Shown piece after piece: positions 37,750 to 51,775 of a stretch of DNA of 64,000 nt (its first letter is position 1; every line of letters starts with the position of its first letter). Both the position numbers and the translations under genes were made by a program. This stretch comes from Octopus vulgaris. Taxonomy: Eukaryota. The DNA is taken from the NCBI GenBank assembly GCA_951406725.2, contig OX597823.1, positions 46,190,001 to 46,254,000 on the forward strand. The letters run 5' to 3'. The notes beneath the pieces were generated by a model, which worked only from the letters and a program-made list of their open reading frames with translations, was not told the origin of the DNA and searched no databases.

Positions 37750-40376
37750 AAAACATTGTCACAGCTCGTGGGACGATGGATGGCGGATAAGGAGTAGCAA
37801 AGCTCCTGATACGTTGGGAGATATAAGAAAAATAAGACGCACATTATCACCAAAATATAAACACAAACAGAAAGCAAAAGATGTTTTTTTTTGCTGTTTG
37901 TGCTGATTGTGATACTGATCACAAAATGGTTAGGGCCAAGCTCAAGTTCAGGGTGCGTAAGAAGATTCGTAATGTAGGTGTACGAGTACCAAAGAAAATT
38001 GATGTAGAGCAGCCAAAGCAACCACAAGTATTGCAGTTGTTTCAGAAGAGATGCAGCAATGTTCATTTTGAAGGTTCATGGCTATCTTTCCGTGATGGAA
38101 TATATATAGAATTGGATCAAAGGTGTTAGGTTTTAGGAGGAGACAACACCGAGACTGGTTTGATTCCAATGATACAGTGATAAATGAGCTTGTAACAACA
38201 AAGAGGTTCACTCATGAAAAGCTTCTTGATCCAAACGTTAAGAACAAAGTGCCACTAGAAGAGTTGTACAAGTCTCAGAAAGCAGACTTGCAAAAAGAAC
38301 TCAGGAGGCTTAAAGACACTTGGTGGAGAAATTTTGTCTGAGGAAGAACAGGCAGACTATGACAGGAAAGGAATTAAAAGTTTCTATAGCTTATTGCGGC
38401 AAGCTTTTGAACGGCAATCTTCATCATCATATGTTCCCTTGAAGTCGAAAGATGGAAATGAGGTTATTAAAGTTCTTCCTGGAATAATGAATAGATGAAG
38501 AGAACACTTTGCAGGTCTTTTCCTCAATCCGCCTGTGGTGAACATGGATGTCATAAACAACATTCTGCAAAGAGAGATAGTGAAACATATGGATGATACA
38601 CCTTTCATTGAAGAAGTAAATCTGGTATTATGTAAACTGAGATCAGGTACAGCTCCTGGATTGGATGGTATTCCAATTGAAATTCTGAAAGCAGGTGGTG
38701 ATCATATTCCATCTGAAATTCATGACCTAGTAGCTCGAGTTTGGAATGAACCTTCTGTGCCACAAGAATTGATAAATGGCATGCTAATCTTTGTATACGA
38801 GGGTAAGGACCCGAAAGCAGTGTGTATTAATTCTAGAGGGCTAACTCTTCTGGCAAATACCGGGAAGATACTTTCAGGGATCATGTTAGATCGTAATGCT
38901 GAGAATGTGTGTCCGCATGTGATTCCTGAGGAACAGTGTGGTTTCAGACCAGAGTGAGGAACAATGGACATGATATTTTCTATGGGGCAGGTTCAAGAGA
39001 AAACCTTAGAGGAACAAATGCCACTATACAAGGTCTTCATAGATTTAAGGTATTTGACACGGTAAACAGGGAGGCACTGTGGATTTGTTTTCTGTATTTG
39101 TGCACATTTTTAAAGAACTGCACAGAAACATGAAAGCTCAGGTAGTCTGTAATGGAGGGCTATCACATGAATTTTCAGTGGGCAAATGTGTCAAACAGGG
39201 ACATATTCCTGCCCCTACACTGTTCTCTATTTATTTTGCTGCATTACTTTGGTATGCTTTCAAGGATTGCAGCAAGGGAATCGGAATCAGATTTCGGACA
39301 ACTGGTCGTATTTATAATTTGAACCGGTTTGATTACAAAGCACAGATTTTCAAAATACTTGTTAGAGAACTACTTTATGCTGATGATGCTGATTTGTTGG
39401 AACACTCAGAGGGGGACATGCAACATTTAATGGACAAATTTTCCACCGCATGTGTACATTTCGGACTCACAATTAGTTTGGAGAAAACCAAAGAAATGTT
39501 TACTTCGGTTCCAGGACAAACATATTCGGAGCCAAACATTTTTGTGAGTGGAATAAGGTTAGAAGTCGTTGGCACCTTTGTTTACCTAGGAGGCACACTG
39601 TCAAGAGATGATAGTCTTGATGCAGAGATATACTATTGAATAGGGAAGGGAAGTGTTGCATTTGGAAAGCTTGAAAAGTGAGTATGAGCAGATATAGGCA
39701 TTTACCTGCAGACAAAAATCAGTCTCTATGAAGCGTGTGTATTGTCTGCACTTCTTTATTCAAGTGAGACATTGACCACTTACAAGCGTCTCATAAAATT
39801 GCTGGAGAGATTTCATCAAAAGTACCTCAGACGTATCTTTGGAGTCAAGTGGGAATGTTTCATACCAGATATAGAGGTTTTGCGCATGGCATGTTGCAGC
39901 TCAATTGAACATGTTATCTTGACTCAAATGAGATGGAGTGGACGTGTTATTAGAATGAAATACGAGCGTTTGCCAAAGCGACTTTTTATGTTGAGCTCAA
40001 CTCGGGCAAGCGACCACAACACAAACCGAGGAAAAAGTATAAAGACTGTGTGAATGAAAACCTGAAGAAACTAGATATGAACAAAAGTGATTGGGAAAAT
40101 GATGCTCTAGATCGGAACAAGTGGAGAGGTGCCGTTAGGACTGGTTGCAATGCCTGGGAGGAAAAGATGATTCAGCACTCTGAACTTAAAAGGACCTGTC
40201 GCAGAGGAAAAATTGGAATAGTAATTAACTGTGAATATTGGATAGGTATTATATGTGACCGTGTTCTGTGGTCAAAAGCAGTATACGTGAACCATATGAA
40301 GTCACAGGAAAATCGTAATGTGTTATATGTCAAAAAACCTGTAAGACAATATCTGTACTTTATGGACATATACTAG
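37750..40376 (+). mobile_element. Near full-length decayed RTE (BovB-like) LINE: APE end, RT and C2H2 finger
   Basis: ADCDTDHKMVRAKL, APGLDGIPIEILKAGG, EEQCGFRP, VKQGHIPAPTLFSIYF, LLYADDADL, FVYLG, ICDRVLWSKAVYVNHMKS; frameshifted. Confidence 0.92.
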
Positions 40377-40440
40377 TTCACAAAAACGTACCTTCAGAAG
40401 CAGATTCCAAAGAGCAAAGATATACAAGAAACTTAAATAA

Positions 40441-40760
40441 TATCACTCATTTATGTTTTAAACCCTGTCAGTCAGCAGCTGGACTTCATAGTCATCTAAG
40501 GGCTCATCAGCGGAGTGATAATACCGTGTGATGGGATGTGGTGTGTGTATGTTGATGGGATGCCTATCATCTCTCAAGATGAAGCAATCATCATATACGC
40601 ATATGGTGATTGTTCCATCATTAGAGATAATTGCCGTCTCCTTGAGTTTCCGCGTTGTCAATAAGATTTCTGACTCTCCGTCCATGACTTTTCAGTCGAC
40701 AATTTAGTCCCGATGCAGATTCGCATGACTTGCAGCATAGGTAACAGACGATGTACATGC
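40441..40760 (-). mobile_element. Inverted RTE-like 3' segment (second C2H2 finger plus UTR with hammerhead relic)
   Basis: CYLCCKSCESASGLNCRLKSH on minus strand; CTGATGA with stems I and II at 40441-40520. Confidence 0.55.
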
Positions 40761-40770
40761 ACACACACAC

Positions 40771-40801
<31 letters not shown>

Positions 40802-41304
40802 CACACACACACACATACACACACAAGCACACACACACATACATATATATATATATAAACACGCATCCTGTAATTCGTTCCCTTCACAATTATTGCACAA
40901 TGGTAGGCAACTATTCAAGTGCTTTGTTTGTTTGTTGATATTCAATGTTTCTCTCTAAGTGTATTTGTTGCTCTTCGATGCTCAATTTACATTTGAATAA
41001 GCGGTATTCCTACTTCTCTGATGTAATTCCATTAGCGCACTCTGTGTTATTGAACGCCAACCAACAAGATATTGCTGTTACATTAGGATAAGGTATAAGG
41101 TGTATGTGTGTGTGTGCGTGTGTGTGTGTGTATTTGCGTGTTTAAGTATGTGTATACAGAGAGAGAGGGGTGGAGAGAGATTAATAGATAGCTTGATAAA
41201 TAGAAAGATAGATGCTAGATACAAAGACATGCTGACAGACAGACATAAATAGATAAAAAGAATGATAGATAAAAAGAATGATAGATAGATAGATTGATAG
41301 ATAA

Positions 41305-41355
<51 letters not shown>

Positions 41356-41356
41356 T

Positions 41357-41395
<39 letters not shown>

Positions 41396-42139
41396 TCAAA
41401 GAAAAATTACTCAATGATTCCTCACACTCTCAGTAAAACATACACACTCAGAGACATACATACATTCATACATACATACATATATACATACATACATACA
41501 TACGTACATACATACATACGTATATACATGCATACATACATACACAAAGACACATATATATTTGCATGAACACACACATGCATACACGCATACATACACA
41601 CACACAGATTATATATTATTCACACACACACACACACACACACAGATTATATATTATACACATACACGCATACATACACACACACACAGATTATATATGT
41701 GAGTATACGTAACTTTTACTTGACAAGATTTTCTTTTTCCTTTCTATGCATTCACCACGTTGGCAACAGAGGAGAATATTTTTCTTTCACAAATATTCCA
41801 TCCATATTAAAAAGATCATTTTTTTAAATTTCATCACTTGTAATTTTTAGGTTCGTTTTTTTATATCCTGAATAAACTCCTCGTGATCATCAAGAATTGC
41901 AACAACAACAACAACAATAACAACAACAACAACAATAACAAAAAATATCAACAACAATAACAACGGTAATATTGATGATGTTTTCTATCATTATTGTCAT
42001 TGCTATTGTTGCAGTTGTTGTTATTGTATATCATCATGTTTACAACAGCTTTATACGAGCTTCCACTGCACCATCAGCTGCACCTCCGTATTCTTGAACA
42101 CTGTACAGCATCGTAATACAGAAATATAGAACTGTGTTT

Positions 42140-42620
42140 GAATACCACTTCATATTTGTTTTACTATGAGGTTTATTTCATTGTTTCTGGTGTTATATTA
42201 GTATTTGAAAACGTTTGTTTTGTAGAATATGTGTAATGTAAGTTCTGTTACATTGTAGGGGGTGGTGGTGTTTGAGTTTTGTATGTACAGTGGGAATAGA
42301 ATAGTTGCTGAATCGGATATTGATTGCGAAGGTTGTGTTATACTATTGGATAACAGGATAACAATTATATTGAATGTGAGGTGTTGGTGTTATAGAGTCG
42401 AATAACAATTACGAAGGAATATGAGATATGTATTATTTGGTAGAGATGATTATTTGGTGTATTATTTGTGTGATTTTGATTTTTTATCGGATGGGTTTCG
42501 TACAGAAGTAGTGCTGTTTGTGGAAAGGCTTTTGTTTTTGAAAATATTTTACATAATATGAAGGCTGTGATATTCTGGGGGACGATTTTTATTTTCAACG
42601 ATTTTTATTCATGTACTTGT
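42140..42620 (-). mobile_element. Penelope-like relic
   Basis: AFP....IIHISYS-like and Asn/Thr-rich linker resembling the PLE RT-EN junction; heavily decayed. Confidence 0.3.
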
Positions 42621-42659
42621 TACACATCTTCCGCTCAGTTTATCATTGCTGCTGATTTT

Positions 42660-42880
42660 ATTGATTTCAAAGTTTGGCAGAACGCCAGCAAGTTCGGGTG
42701 AGGTGCGCAAGTCGATTATATCGACCCCGCTGCTCAACTGGTACTTATTTTATCGACTCCGAAAGGACGAAAGGCAAAGTCGGCCTTGGCGGAATTTGAA
42801 CTTAGAACGTGAAGACGGACGAAATGCCGCTAAGCAGTTTGCCCGATTTACTTAACGAGTCTGCCGGCTTACTCCTCACT
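42660..42880 (-). mobile_element. SINE family A
   Basis: gtcgattatatcgaccc..gaaaggacgaaaggcaaagtc..ggcggaatttgaact. Confidence 0.8.
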
Positions 42881-44599
42881 CCATACTCCATATATTGCTT
42901 AATTCAATTTTGAGATTCTCATGCTGTGGCAATTGTTGCCCTTCCGCCCAAGTTCTGTTTTGGACATATGCAATGAGTTGTCGATTTTCTTCCAATCCTT
43001 CGATAATTACATCCAAGCATTTTACCATGCTCTCCTTGCTAGTTTTGGTAAGCAAATTCCTGATAATATTTGACCGGTCAGTTCTATAAACTGTGTTTGG
43101 TGTTTCCTTATTCTAAATTTTATTGTGTCTCACTTCGAAGTGTCGGCATATTGCCCAGTGACGCGGCTGTCTTCTTGATCACATCTGAAAATATATTCAG
43201 ATTTGGCCAGAGTTGCACACCCAGGAGTAATGGAGTCAATTGCCTCATTGTACTGATTGCATAGCTTGAACTTTATGTTAGTCGCTTTTTTTTACATTAT
43301 CTTATATTTGTAGTTTGACATTGAACCTGTGCTGCCGAAATAAAAGTTTCTTTTTTTTATTTTAAGCAAGAAACTTAATCCATTGTTGTTTCTTAGTCTG
43401 GTTTACTTCCTCTCACACGAACATTGGATGTTATTGGTCAAGGAGTAGTTTTCTTGACCGTGTTTGGTTTTTTCTTTACTCTATTTTAAAGTTTCATTTT
43501 TATTTTTATTATATTTCAAAAAAACTTTTATCGTTTCTTCTCTATTTGCATATTCTCTTTGGTGTTGTTAATTTCTTGTTTGTTCTTTAGCGTTTCTTTA
43601 TATAGTAAGAAATGTTATTTCTTTTCTTCATGTCTCCTTCCCTACTACTCAAATCAATTTCCTTTTACTTTCTTCTAAGTATTTTCTAATCTCACAATTG
43701 TTACTTTGCTTGTATTTTCAATTTGTATTAGATCCTATGTGCGAGCAAAATATATTCTATCAATATTAGCTACGCGTGGGGGTTGCTTCAGAACGCTGTT
43801 TACAGTCTCTTCTTTCTTCTGTCAAAGATCTTCAATTCGCTTAACTTGATATCGAAGCTATAATTTATAACTAGGATGAATGAGCAGTGGTTCTCAAAAT
43901 AACAAATACGCAAATATCATTGAAGTTTTTTCCCATCGCTCTTTTTTATAATGGAGGAACCAAAATAGGTTTTTCATTCATTTAATTCTTCTTGCTTTGA
44001 ATTGTACCGGACAAGTATAAAAGGTTCAATACCATCCCATTATTATTGGATATTACAACTGTTTCATTCCACTTAGTCCTTCCAGAAGTGGAGCTGCTTC
44101 TATAAGAAACACTACTCTAAAGTATTCGGGAAAACGAGAACAAGATCCTCAGAGGATATTGTAGGCTACAACACCATCGACGAAAAGCACCCCAGAGAAC
44201 TAATAAACCGCATACATAAACACTCAAATATTACACACTAGATTTCTTTACACCATCAAATAAAATACCAATACATACGTAAAATTCTCAAAAACATCAC
44301 AATGATCTTACAAACAAATTGAAAACAGTATAATATTACGGAATGGAAAATTTGGGGAAGGTCATGGATAAAAGAATTTACAAACATTTATGTGTGGAGA
44401 TACCCACAAGTAGCCGAGACAAAAACGGATACTTACCCCTTCATTGAACGAAGAGATTTTCTCGCGCTCTTCGAGTCTAATATGGCTAAAATTAGAATAG
44501 ACAATGTAGATGAACATGGTCTGGAATTGCTTTTAAAAGCAGGGTCACCTACCCAACTACATCGGATCACTAAATATAGAAGTGTTGGTCATCAGCGAG

Positions 44600-45620
44600 A
44601 GCAGAAGTTTTGAGCCACGAGCCTTCACACCCATTTTTAATGAGTACAAGATGTATACTTCTCCAAGCCAGTAAGGACCTGGGAGTTAAATTTGCTGTGT
44701 TATTTCACAAAGGTCTGTATCTTACAATACGGGCCATTTTCTTGAAGCTAGTGTATCGGCCGGTGCTTCATAACGTGATGCAACTGTGGAGACCATGCTT
44801 TCAAACTAATAGGCATCTATAATACAACCTGAGCATGGCAGCCAACTTTCTTCTAGAATCTTCCCAGAAATATGCCGCTTTTAATGCTACTGTGTAACCC
44901 GTCCATCTCGCCCAAACGAAGTTGGTGGAACGATCTCCAAAATGGATATAAATAATGGCAGATGTCCTATTTCAAGCGGTAATATACGACGAAAGCAATA
45001 TAGGAGTTGGCTACCTTTGCACTACACTTCAAGGAAAGTTTTCTCTTTCCCTATTTCTAGGAGAGAACGACACTCACCTCCGATCGTTACATCACTCCAG
45101 TTCTTTTTCACCTGGAGACCTAGACCAAACCAGAGCCCTAGCACTTTTACGGGCCTGTCCATCCAGCGATCCATGACGCTGTTGGATGACTTTTTCTGCT
45201 TAACTTTGGTTCCTGTCATCACCACCTATTCCTATTTCATCCAAGGGTTGACAAAATCATCGAGTAACTCAATGTTCTTGATGACTGACACTATGTCAGT
45301 GGCGTTGTTTGCATATGCTGCCAGAGATTTCCGTTCTCCTGGAATCCCTCTTAAAGTTTCTAGTTATGGTATTAGTGCCTCTACACTCATTGCATACGAA
45401 TGGGAGAACAAAGACAGCGACCTTGATGGACAAAACACATGATACTGAAGTGTTCTGATAATGGATTATTTTCTCTGAGCACCGTTCGGATATCGCTGTA
45501 CATTACGGCGTTACAGTCCTTGAAAACGGGACCGAAACCGGCTGTCTTGAGGACAGCCACCACGTATTCGGGCTAGGCCTTGATCATAGCCGTGTCTATA
45601 CCAGGTTCTTTACCTACAGT
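44600..45620 (-). mobile_element. Tx1/L1-clade LINE RT fragment
   Basis: VKVLGLWFGLGLQVKKNWSDV and AYAN..DIVS (AYADD-like); same family as 51776-52927. Confidence 0.65.
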
Positions 45621-47639
45621 TGTTGGAATTTCTTGCAGAATTAAGGAGTGTATTAATTATATCACAATAATTCTTTTGAAAGAGCAGTTTAAAAAAAGAC
45701 CTGATTGAAGGACATTTTAGCGCCTGTGTTTTTTGGCGACTTTTAGATTTTCAAACAGAAGTGTTCAATCCTTTCCAATTGATGTCACTCACAATATCAG
45801 AAAAAACAACGTACTACATCTGACCAAGTCATAACTTCCAATTCTGCACCAATCATCTTTCTAAAGTTCATCTTTGCATTTTTAGGAGCTCTCGCATGAA
45901 GATACATATCACGTATACATGTGTATGTTCATGCGCGCTTATGTGTGTGCGTGTGTGTGCGTGTCTGTGTGTGGGCCTGCAAGCGTTTGCCTGCGTGCGT
46001 GTGTATGTGTGTGTATGTGTGCGTGCATGCATGTATGTGTGTGCGTATTATTAATTTGAAAAGGAATTGTGAGAGATGGTAAGTAAAACTCCTTTAAAAG
46101 GAACATTTGGCAAGTCCTGAAGAGAATTTGCTCTTATATTATTCATCATTAAGCCTCGCATGAAACTTCCAAGTGATGTTATTTTGAAAACATCTTGAAA
46201 AGAATTAGCTTCTCTAATGCATCATCAAGGACTTAAAAATCAAATGGGAGGCGCTGTCCCTTGAAAAAATTTACCTTTACACCAGAGAAGAATATACTTC
46301 AGTAGCTAAAAATATCTTTGTCTATTTTGAATTAGGATTTTCTTCAATGAACAAGACTAAACGCAAAAAGGAGAAATAATTCAGTTTATTCACGAAGAAA
46401 TTAGTCTGTTTATCGTACATACAAAGAACATCAAACTCGTGTTTCACACAACCATGATTAATAAAACAACATTTTCTATGACTTTTCTAAATTTTTAAAT
46501 GTAAAATATCTTTTTTAAAAAAAAACTTTCCATGTGAATTGCGCTAGTAATTTTCTGTTTGATCTCTAAACGCCACAGAGTCGAAAAGATTTGAGAACCA
46601 CTGTCCTATATATAAAAAAAAGACGGGATTGTCATGCATGGAACAACTTTGATCACAGGTCTGTTTGATTAGTATTGAAATCGCGTTAAAACAACAACAC
46701 ATTCAGCATATCTATTTCCAAACAGGAAAAATAAAATAAACATCATTTATACGAGACTAGAAATTATTGTGTTAAAACATCAAATATCACACAAGAACCG
46801 CGGTAGCGACAGTAAAGTGGAAATACTGACCTATTTATTCTGCAAAGGAACGAAACTATATCTTTGACTCTAACTATGAACACATCAATTAACAGCTTCC
46901 GTCATGAAATGGAGCAGAAAATGTTTCATCCGCCTTTTTTATGTAGCTGTTAACATAGTGAAAAAGGAATCATTAACTTTCTCAATTTGGTTTTAGTTTT
47001 AGTTTTTCCTTTTGAAAATCTCAAATTCCATTGATCTCTTTTTCAGTTATTGTTGGCAATCACAACTTCAAATATTTGATGTATGCTTCCGACTCTATAT
47101 GTATTTTATCAAAACACTATCTGTAATGGTTAATGCAAGTACTTTCATATGGCTGACTTTATTTTTCATTCCTTTCACCGTGTGTGGTTACTTCATCTAC
47201 TAATATATGGAAATGTCATTTATTTTGAATTTAGGTGAACCCAACTCATTATCATATTGGTATTGTTACTATCGTTATTTTCCACATCGTATCTATTCTT
47301 ATCTTACCCCTATTTTCTCTCTCATTTCATTTCAATTAATTCAGTCGTGCTGAAATTAAAATTTCGTGACTGTATGAAACTATATTTACGGGGGAGTTAT
47401 TGTTTATTCCATACTAGAGTAATACTTTAATACATAATGTTCCAACAACACATATTAGAAAAGTACTACCTTTCTTTATGCATAACTTGCCAGACGCGAC
47501 ATTACAACACTGCCACAATTCTTTAAGACGTAAGGCACGTGATACTTGGTTCTATGTAGATGTGTACTGCGTTTCAACAGCACTTTGTCCAACTGTTTGG
47601 AGCAAGCAAACAGAAAAGGTTATGGAACACATTTTCTAC

Positions 47640-47990
47640 CTCGACGGCTTTGGTAGGAAATTGATCAATTTGGATAGGTGGGAAGCTTTCGATAAGGTCA
47701 GCTATCATATTTTGGTTCCAGTTTCAAGTGTCTGGCCTCGAACCTGTTTTCCCAGGTTCGATAGCAGTAATGCATATTGGCACTTATTCGGTGGTAAAAG
47801 AGAGCAGCTATCTCATAGAGCCTTTTCACATTATGTACTCGATTAGTCTGGACTCTTCTATACGAGCTGACTTGAACAAATCCTGTAGAAGCTAGAATTC
47901 TTGAAGGGCGTCTCTTTCTAACTAGGACACATGAGAGGTGTATCGGCTTACGCAGATGAGAGTATTGTAATTAGGTCAAGCACTACGAAT
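47640..47990 (+). mobile_element. Tx1/L1 RT fragment
   Basis: KLINLDRWEAFDKVSYHIL and VSAYADE. Confidence 0.6.
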
Positions 47991-48399
47991 GCATTTGCAT
48001 CGACCCATTTCTAGGTGAGATTGGCCTCACTGTTTGTCACTTCATTCTAGTTCTTCTCCACTGGAGAATGTAAACTATCTTGCAATGTAAACTATCCGTT
48101 TGTTCAGCACGCTACGACGCTGTTAGACAGTATGCACCTGCTTTTACGGGTGCTGAAATGCTGGCCCAGACATTTTTGGCTCTTGTCATTACCTCGTAGT
48201 CTATTGGAACAGTGTTGATCACCTATGGTGGTGTTGTCTCAGCCTATGACGTTGTTTGCATGAGCCGGCGTGGAGTTTTAGCATCCAAGAACTCGCTCAA
48301 ATCTCTAGTTTCCACAGTAGTAACTCAAGTGCTAAGACATACAGAAGGTACGAGAAAGTATAACCTTGCCTGACCGATCGAAAAGCCAGGACTAGCGAT

Positions 48400-49010
48400 C
48401 TTCACTTCCAACATGCAATTCCCTTTCTTTTCCTTTGTTTATTCTGGTGTTTTCCCTTTTCTCTTTGAATTCTCCTACTGTTTCGGGAGTATTTCTGGCT
48501 GCCAAGAGTATTCTTTCTTTACTTTGTACGACATAATTTTTCAGACTTAGCATCGCAGTATTTACAGTGTCTTCCGCGTTTTATAATTCTCTTCCATCTT
48601 ACTGTTTTTGGTAGGTAGAGTCGGTCGGTACTGCTTTTAAGTGCGTTGTGCATTGTGAATAGCTTTCTAGTTCTTTCCAAGTTCAGTAGCTCGACCTTTG
48701 TCCGTTTCATAAAAGAAGAGCTTCTCAATACGAGTATAGCCCATGTATTTATGGTTTTAGTGTTGTTCTCTCCATTTAATTTTCCCTCTAGCACTTTTCT
48801 AATTCTCGTCTTATATTCATTAGTGATTGTCTCTTTCATTTCTCTTTCCATTATTCTATAGTTTTGCAAAGCTCCTAGATATTTATACCCATCACTATTC
48901 CACAGAAACTTAATAATATTTACTTGCGGTAATTTTATGTTATCAGAGTTTACCTTCCGGCTTTTCTTCATAATTAGTACTGCCCACTTATTTACCCGAA
49001 ATTGCATTCC
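48400..49010 (-). mobile_element. R4/Dong RT-thumb fragment
   Basis: MQFRVNKWAVL..GYKYLG..EYKTRIRKVLEGKLNGENNTKTINTWAI..DRLYLP. Confidence 0.8.
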
Positions 49011-49259
49011 AGTATCTTTACTGAATACACTTACTGTCTAGGTTTGTCTAATTTTCTCTATATAGCTTCATGTCATTCACATAAAGTATCTTTTCTTATG
49101 TACGATTTGGTAAACTCATGGGCAGGCCTAGATTTTCTTGGTATACTTGTCAGAGGGATAGGTGCAACGACGGAGAGTAATGGAAAGAGCGAGTCTCCTT
49201 GGAAAATATTCCTGCGTATTTTCCCGTTGCCTGGCAATTCATTCACATATGCCAGTTCT

Positions 49260-49324
49260 TTATCATCATCATTCTCATCATCATTCTCATCATCATCATC
49301 ATCATCATCATCATCGCCACCACC

Positions 49325-49373
<49 letters not shown>

Positions 49374-49384
49374 GTATCATCGCT

Positions 49385-49440
<56 letters not shown>

Positions 49441-49448
49441 TATCAGTA

Positions 49449-49545
<97 letters not shown>
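49260..49545. repeat. Compound (CAT)/(CAC)/(TAT)n microsatellite
   Basis: Direct inspection. Confidence 0.95.
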
Positions 49546-49546
<1 letters not shown>

Positions 49547-49878
49547 CTTTTAATGTGCATGTTTGCTACAGTATCTTGCCGAGACACCCAGCGTCCTGTG
49601 GCGAGTGAAGGATAAGAGATGTTACAGTATAACTGAAAGCTTGGGGAGGAGTGGTAGTGAAATATCTTCTGTGTGTATCGGCATATCCCAGAGTATGGTT
49701 GCTTTCTCGTTTTCTGTGACCTTTTCTGGTGTGTGCCTATACCATCTTTTTTCTGTTGTTATTCCATAATGTTGACATAGCTTCCAATGTATGTAGGTTC
49801 CAACTCTGTCATGTCTGTGAATATATTCCTTCTTAGCCAGGACTGGGCAGCTAGAGATAATATGATTTATTGTTTCTT
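49544..49878 (-). mobile_element. R4/Dong fragment: CCHC region joined directly to 3' UTR
   Basis: ETINHIISSCPVLAKKEYIHRHDRV..ILWDMPIHT, then a UTR nearly identical to 49989-50116. Confidence 0.8.
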
Positions 49879-49912
49879 TTTATTATTATTATTATTATTA
49901 TCATTATTATTA

Positions 49913-49988
<76 letters not shown>

Positions 49989-49992
<4 letters not shown>

Positions 49993-51760
49993 CTTTTAAT
50001 GTGCATGTTTGCTACAGTATCTTGCCGAGATACCCAGCGTCCTGTGACGAGTGAAGGATAAGAGATGTTACAGTATGACTGAAAGCTTGGAGAGGAGAGG
50101 TAGTGAAATATCTTCATGCAATACGACGCAGACATTTAAATGGATACGGCCTTTCTAAGTATGTGGGAAGCACTTGTCAGCACAATCTTTTGGATTTCTC
50201 AGAGACATGGTTATCCTGGGATTTTATCTAGATATTTCTGACATCCCTTTTTTGTCATACCTAGGGCACCTACAATAACTGTTCACATCTTAAGATGCCA
50301 CATCTTTTGTACTTAGGGCCTTATATTTACTTAGTTTACCAAATTCCTTGACAGATATATTATTATCAGTGGGAACACTTACATCTATTAGTCTACTACA
50401 AGTCTTTTCTTCCAAGCCTTTAATAATTATGTCTGGTCGATTAGCCTAGATCGTTCTGTCAGCGTTGAATAGAAAATCTCAGAGAATAGTGGCATTTTTA
50501 TCTTCAACTATAGGCACAGGATGATGTTCGTACCAGTAATCAGGAGTGTTGATTTTGTAGTGCTTACATATTTTCCAATATACACACTGTCCTACCATAT
50601 TCTGGCGATTTTTATATTCCCTAGACGAGATGGTCTGTTGTTTCGTCGAATGTATCACAGAATCTGCATTTAGGGTCAGAACCATTTTGAAGAACGTTAG
50701 CCTGGTATTTTTTGAGCAAGCTTTGGTCTTGTGCCGCCAGTATGAAACCTTCAGTCTCTGCTTTCAGTCCTGAATTTCTCAGTCACTGTTGTAGTTGAGT
50801 TAGTATTGTCTTCCTGTTCAGGGGTTGGAGCTCTGTAAGATTCCATTTAATGGTGTTAAAACTATATTTGACTACTGGAAGTGCCATGGTGTTAATGGCT
50901 TCGATTCGATTTTTAGAGTTGAGTTCAGATGTTAGTATAAGTTTTATTCTCCTGTAATATTCTTTTCTTATTTTTTCCTTTAATGTAGCATGTTGTATGC
51001 CATCTTCTTCGTTTATCCCCAGGTATTTGTAATTTTCTTGTGGATTCAAGCTCCTTGAGGGTAGTGTCGGTATCTAATTTAATGGAAGCTGCTTGCCTGT
51101 GCTTGCCTCTTACAAAAGTTGCTTTAGCACACTTATCAAGGCCAAAGTTCATCCCGATGTCATTGCTGAATTCTTTAACAGTTGTTAGCAGCCTTGCTAG
51201 CACTTCGTCATTTCTAGCAAACAGCTTCAGATCGTCCATATAAAACAGGTGGTTTATAGCCGTATTGTAAACTTTAAACCTATACCTGGTGTTATTTAGT
51301 TCGTTTAAGAGTGGGATCAGTGCTATGCAAAATAGTAATGGCTAGAGGGATGGGATTCATCTTGAAAGCTGACTCGCTTGATGTTGACGTTGTTAGTTTG
51401 GCTCATCTCATTACTATGGTTTAGAAAGAAAACTTAGCCTAGCTACCTTCTAAGAATTTGAATTTGACAGAAGAGATCATATATATTTCGAGGGCCTTGA
51501 GTACTGAATTACGCAGGACACTATCATACCATACTCAGGCTTTTCCTTTTGCTCCGGAAATTTTCTACAATTATTTTACTTATGAGTAATCCATCTTTGC
51601 TTCCATAAGAATTCCTTTTACAGCCTTTTTGAGCTTGTGGAAGGATAGCGTATATTCTGTCAGTTAATATGGATGTGAGGATCTTGAAGGTGGTGTTGAG
51701 ACATGTTTTTGGTCGGTAGTTCTTTGGATTTTTTGCGTCTTCAGTTTATGTGTCTTCAGT
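49989..51760 (-). mobile_element. R4/Dong LINE 3' portion (RT, REL nuclease, UTR) ending in (TAA)n
   Basis: LFYMDDLKLFA, FGLDKCA, YKYLG, ETEGFILAAQDQ, NRPDII, VIVGALG. Confidence 0.9.
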
Positions 51761-51775
51761 AAGTCAGATTTCTTC

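Noticed and set aside
43885-46603. hAT element defined by cagtggttctcaaa / tttgagaaccactg 14-bp inverted pair
   Set aside because: No matching 8-bp TSD (tgaatgag vs tcctatat) and no clear transposase between them; may be two unrelated ends
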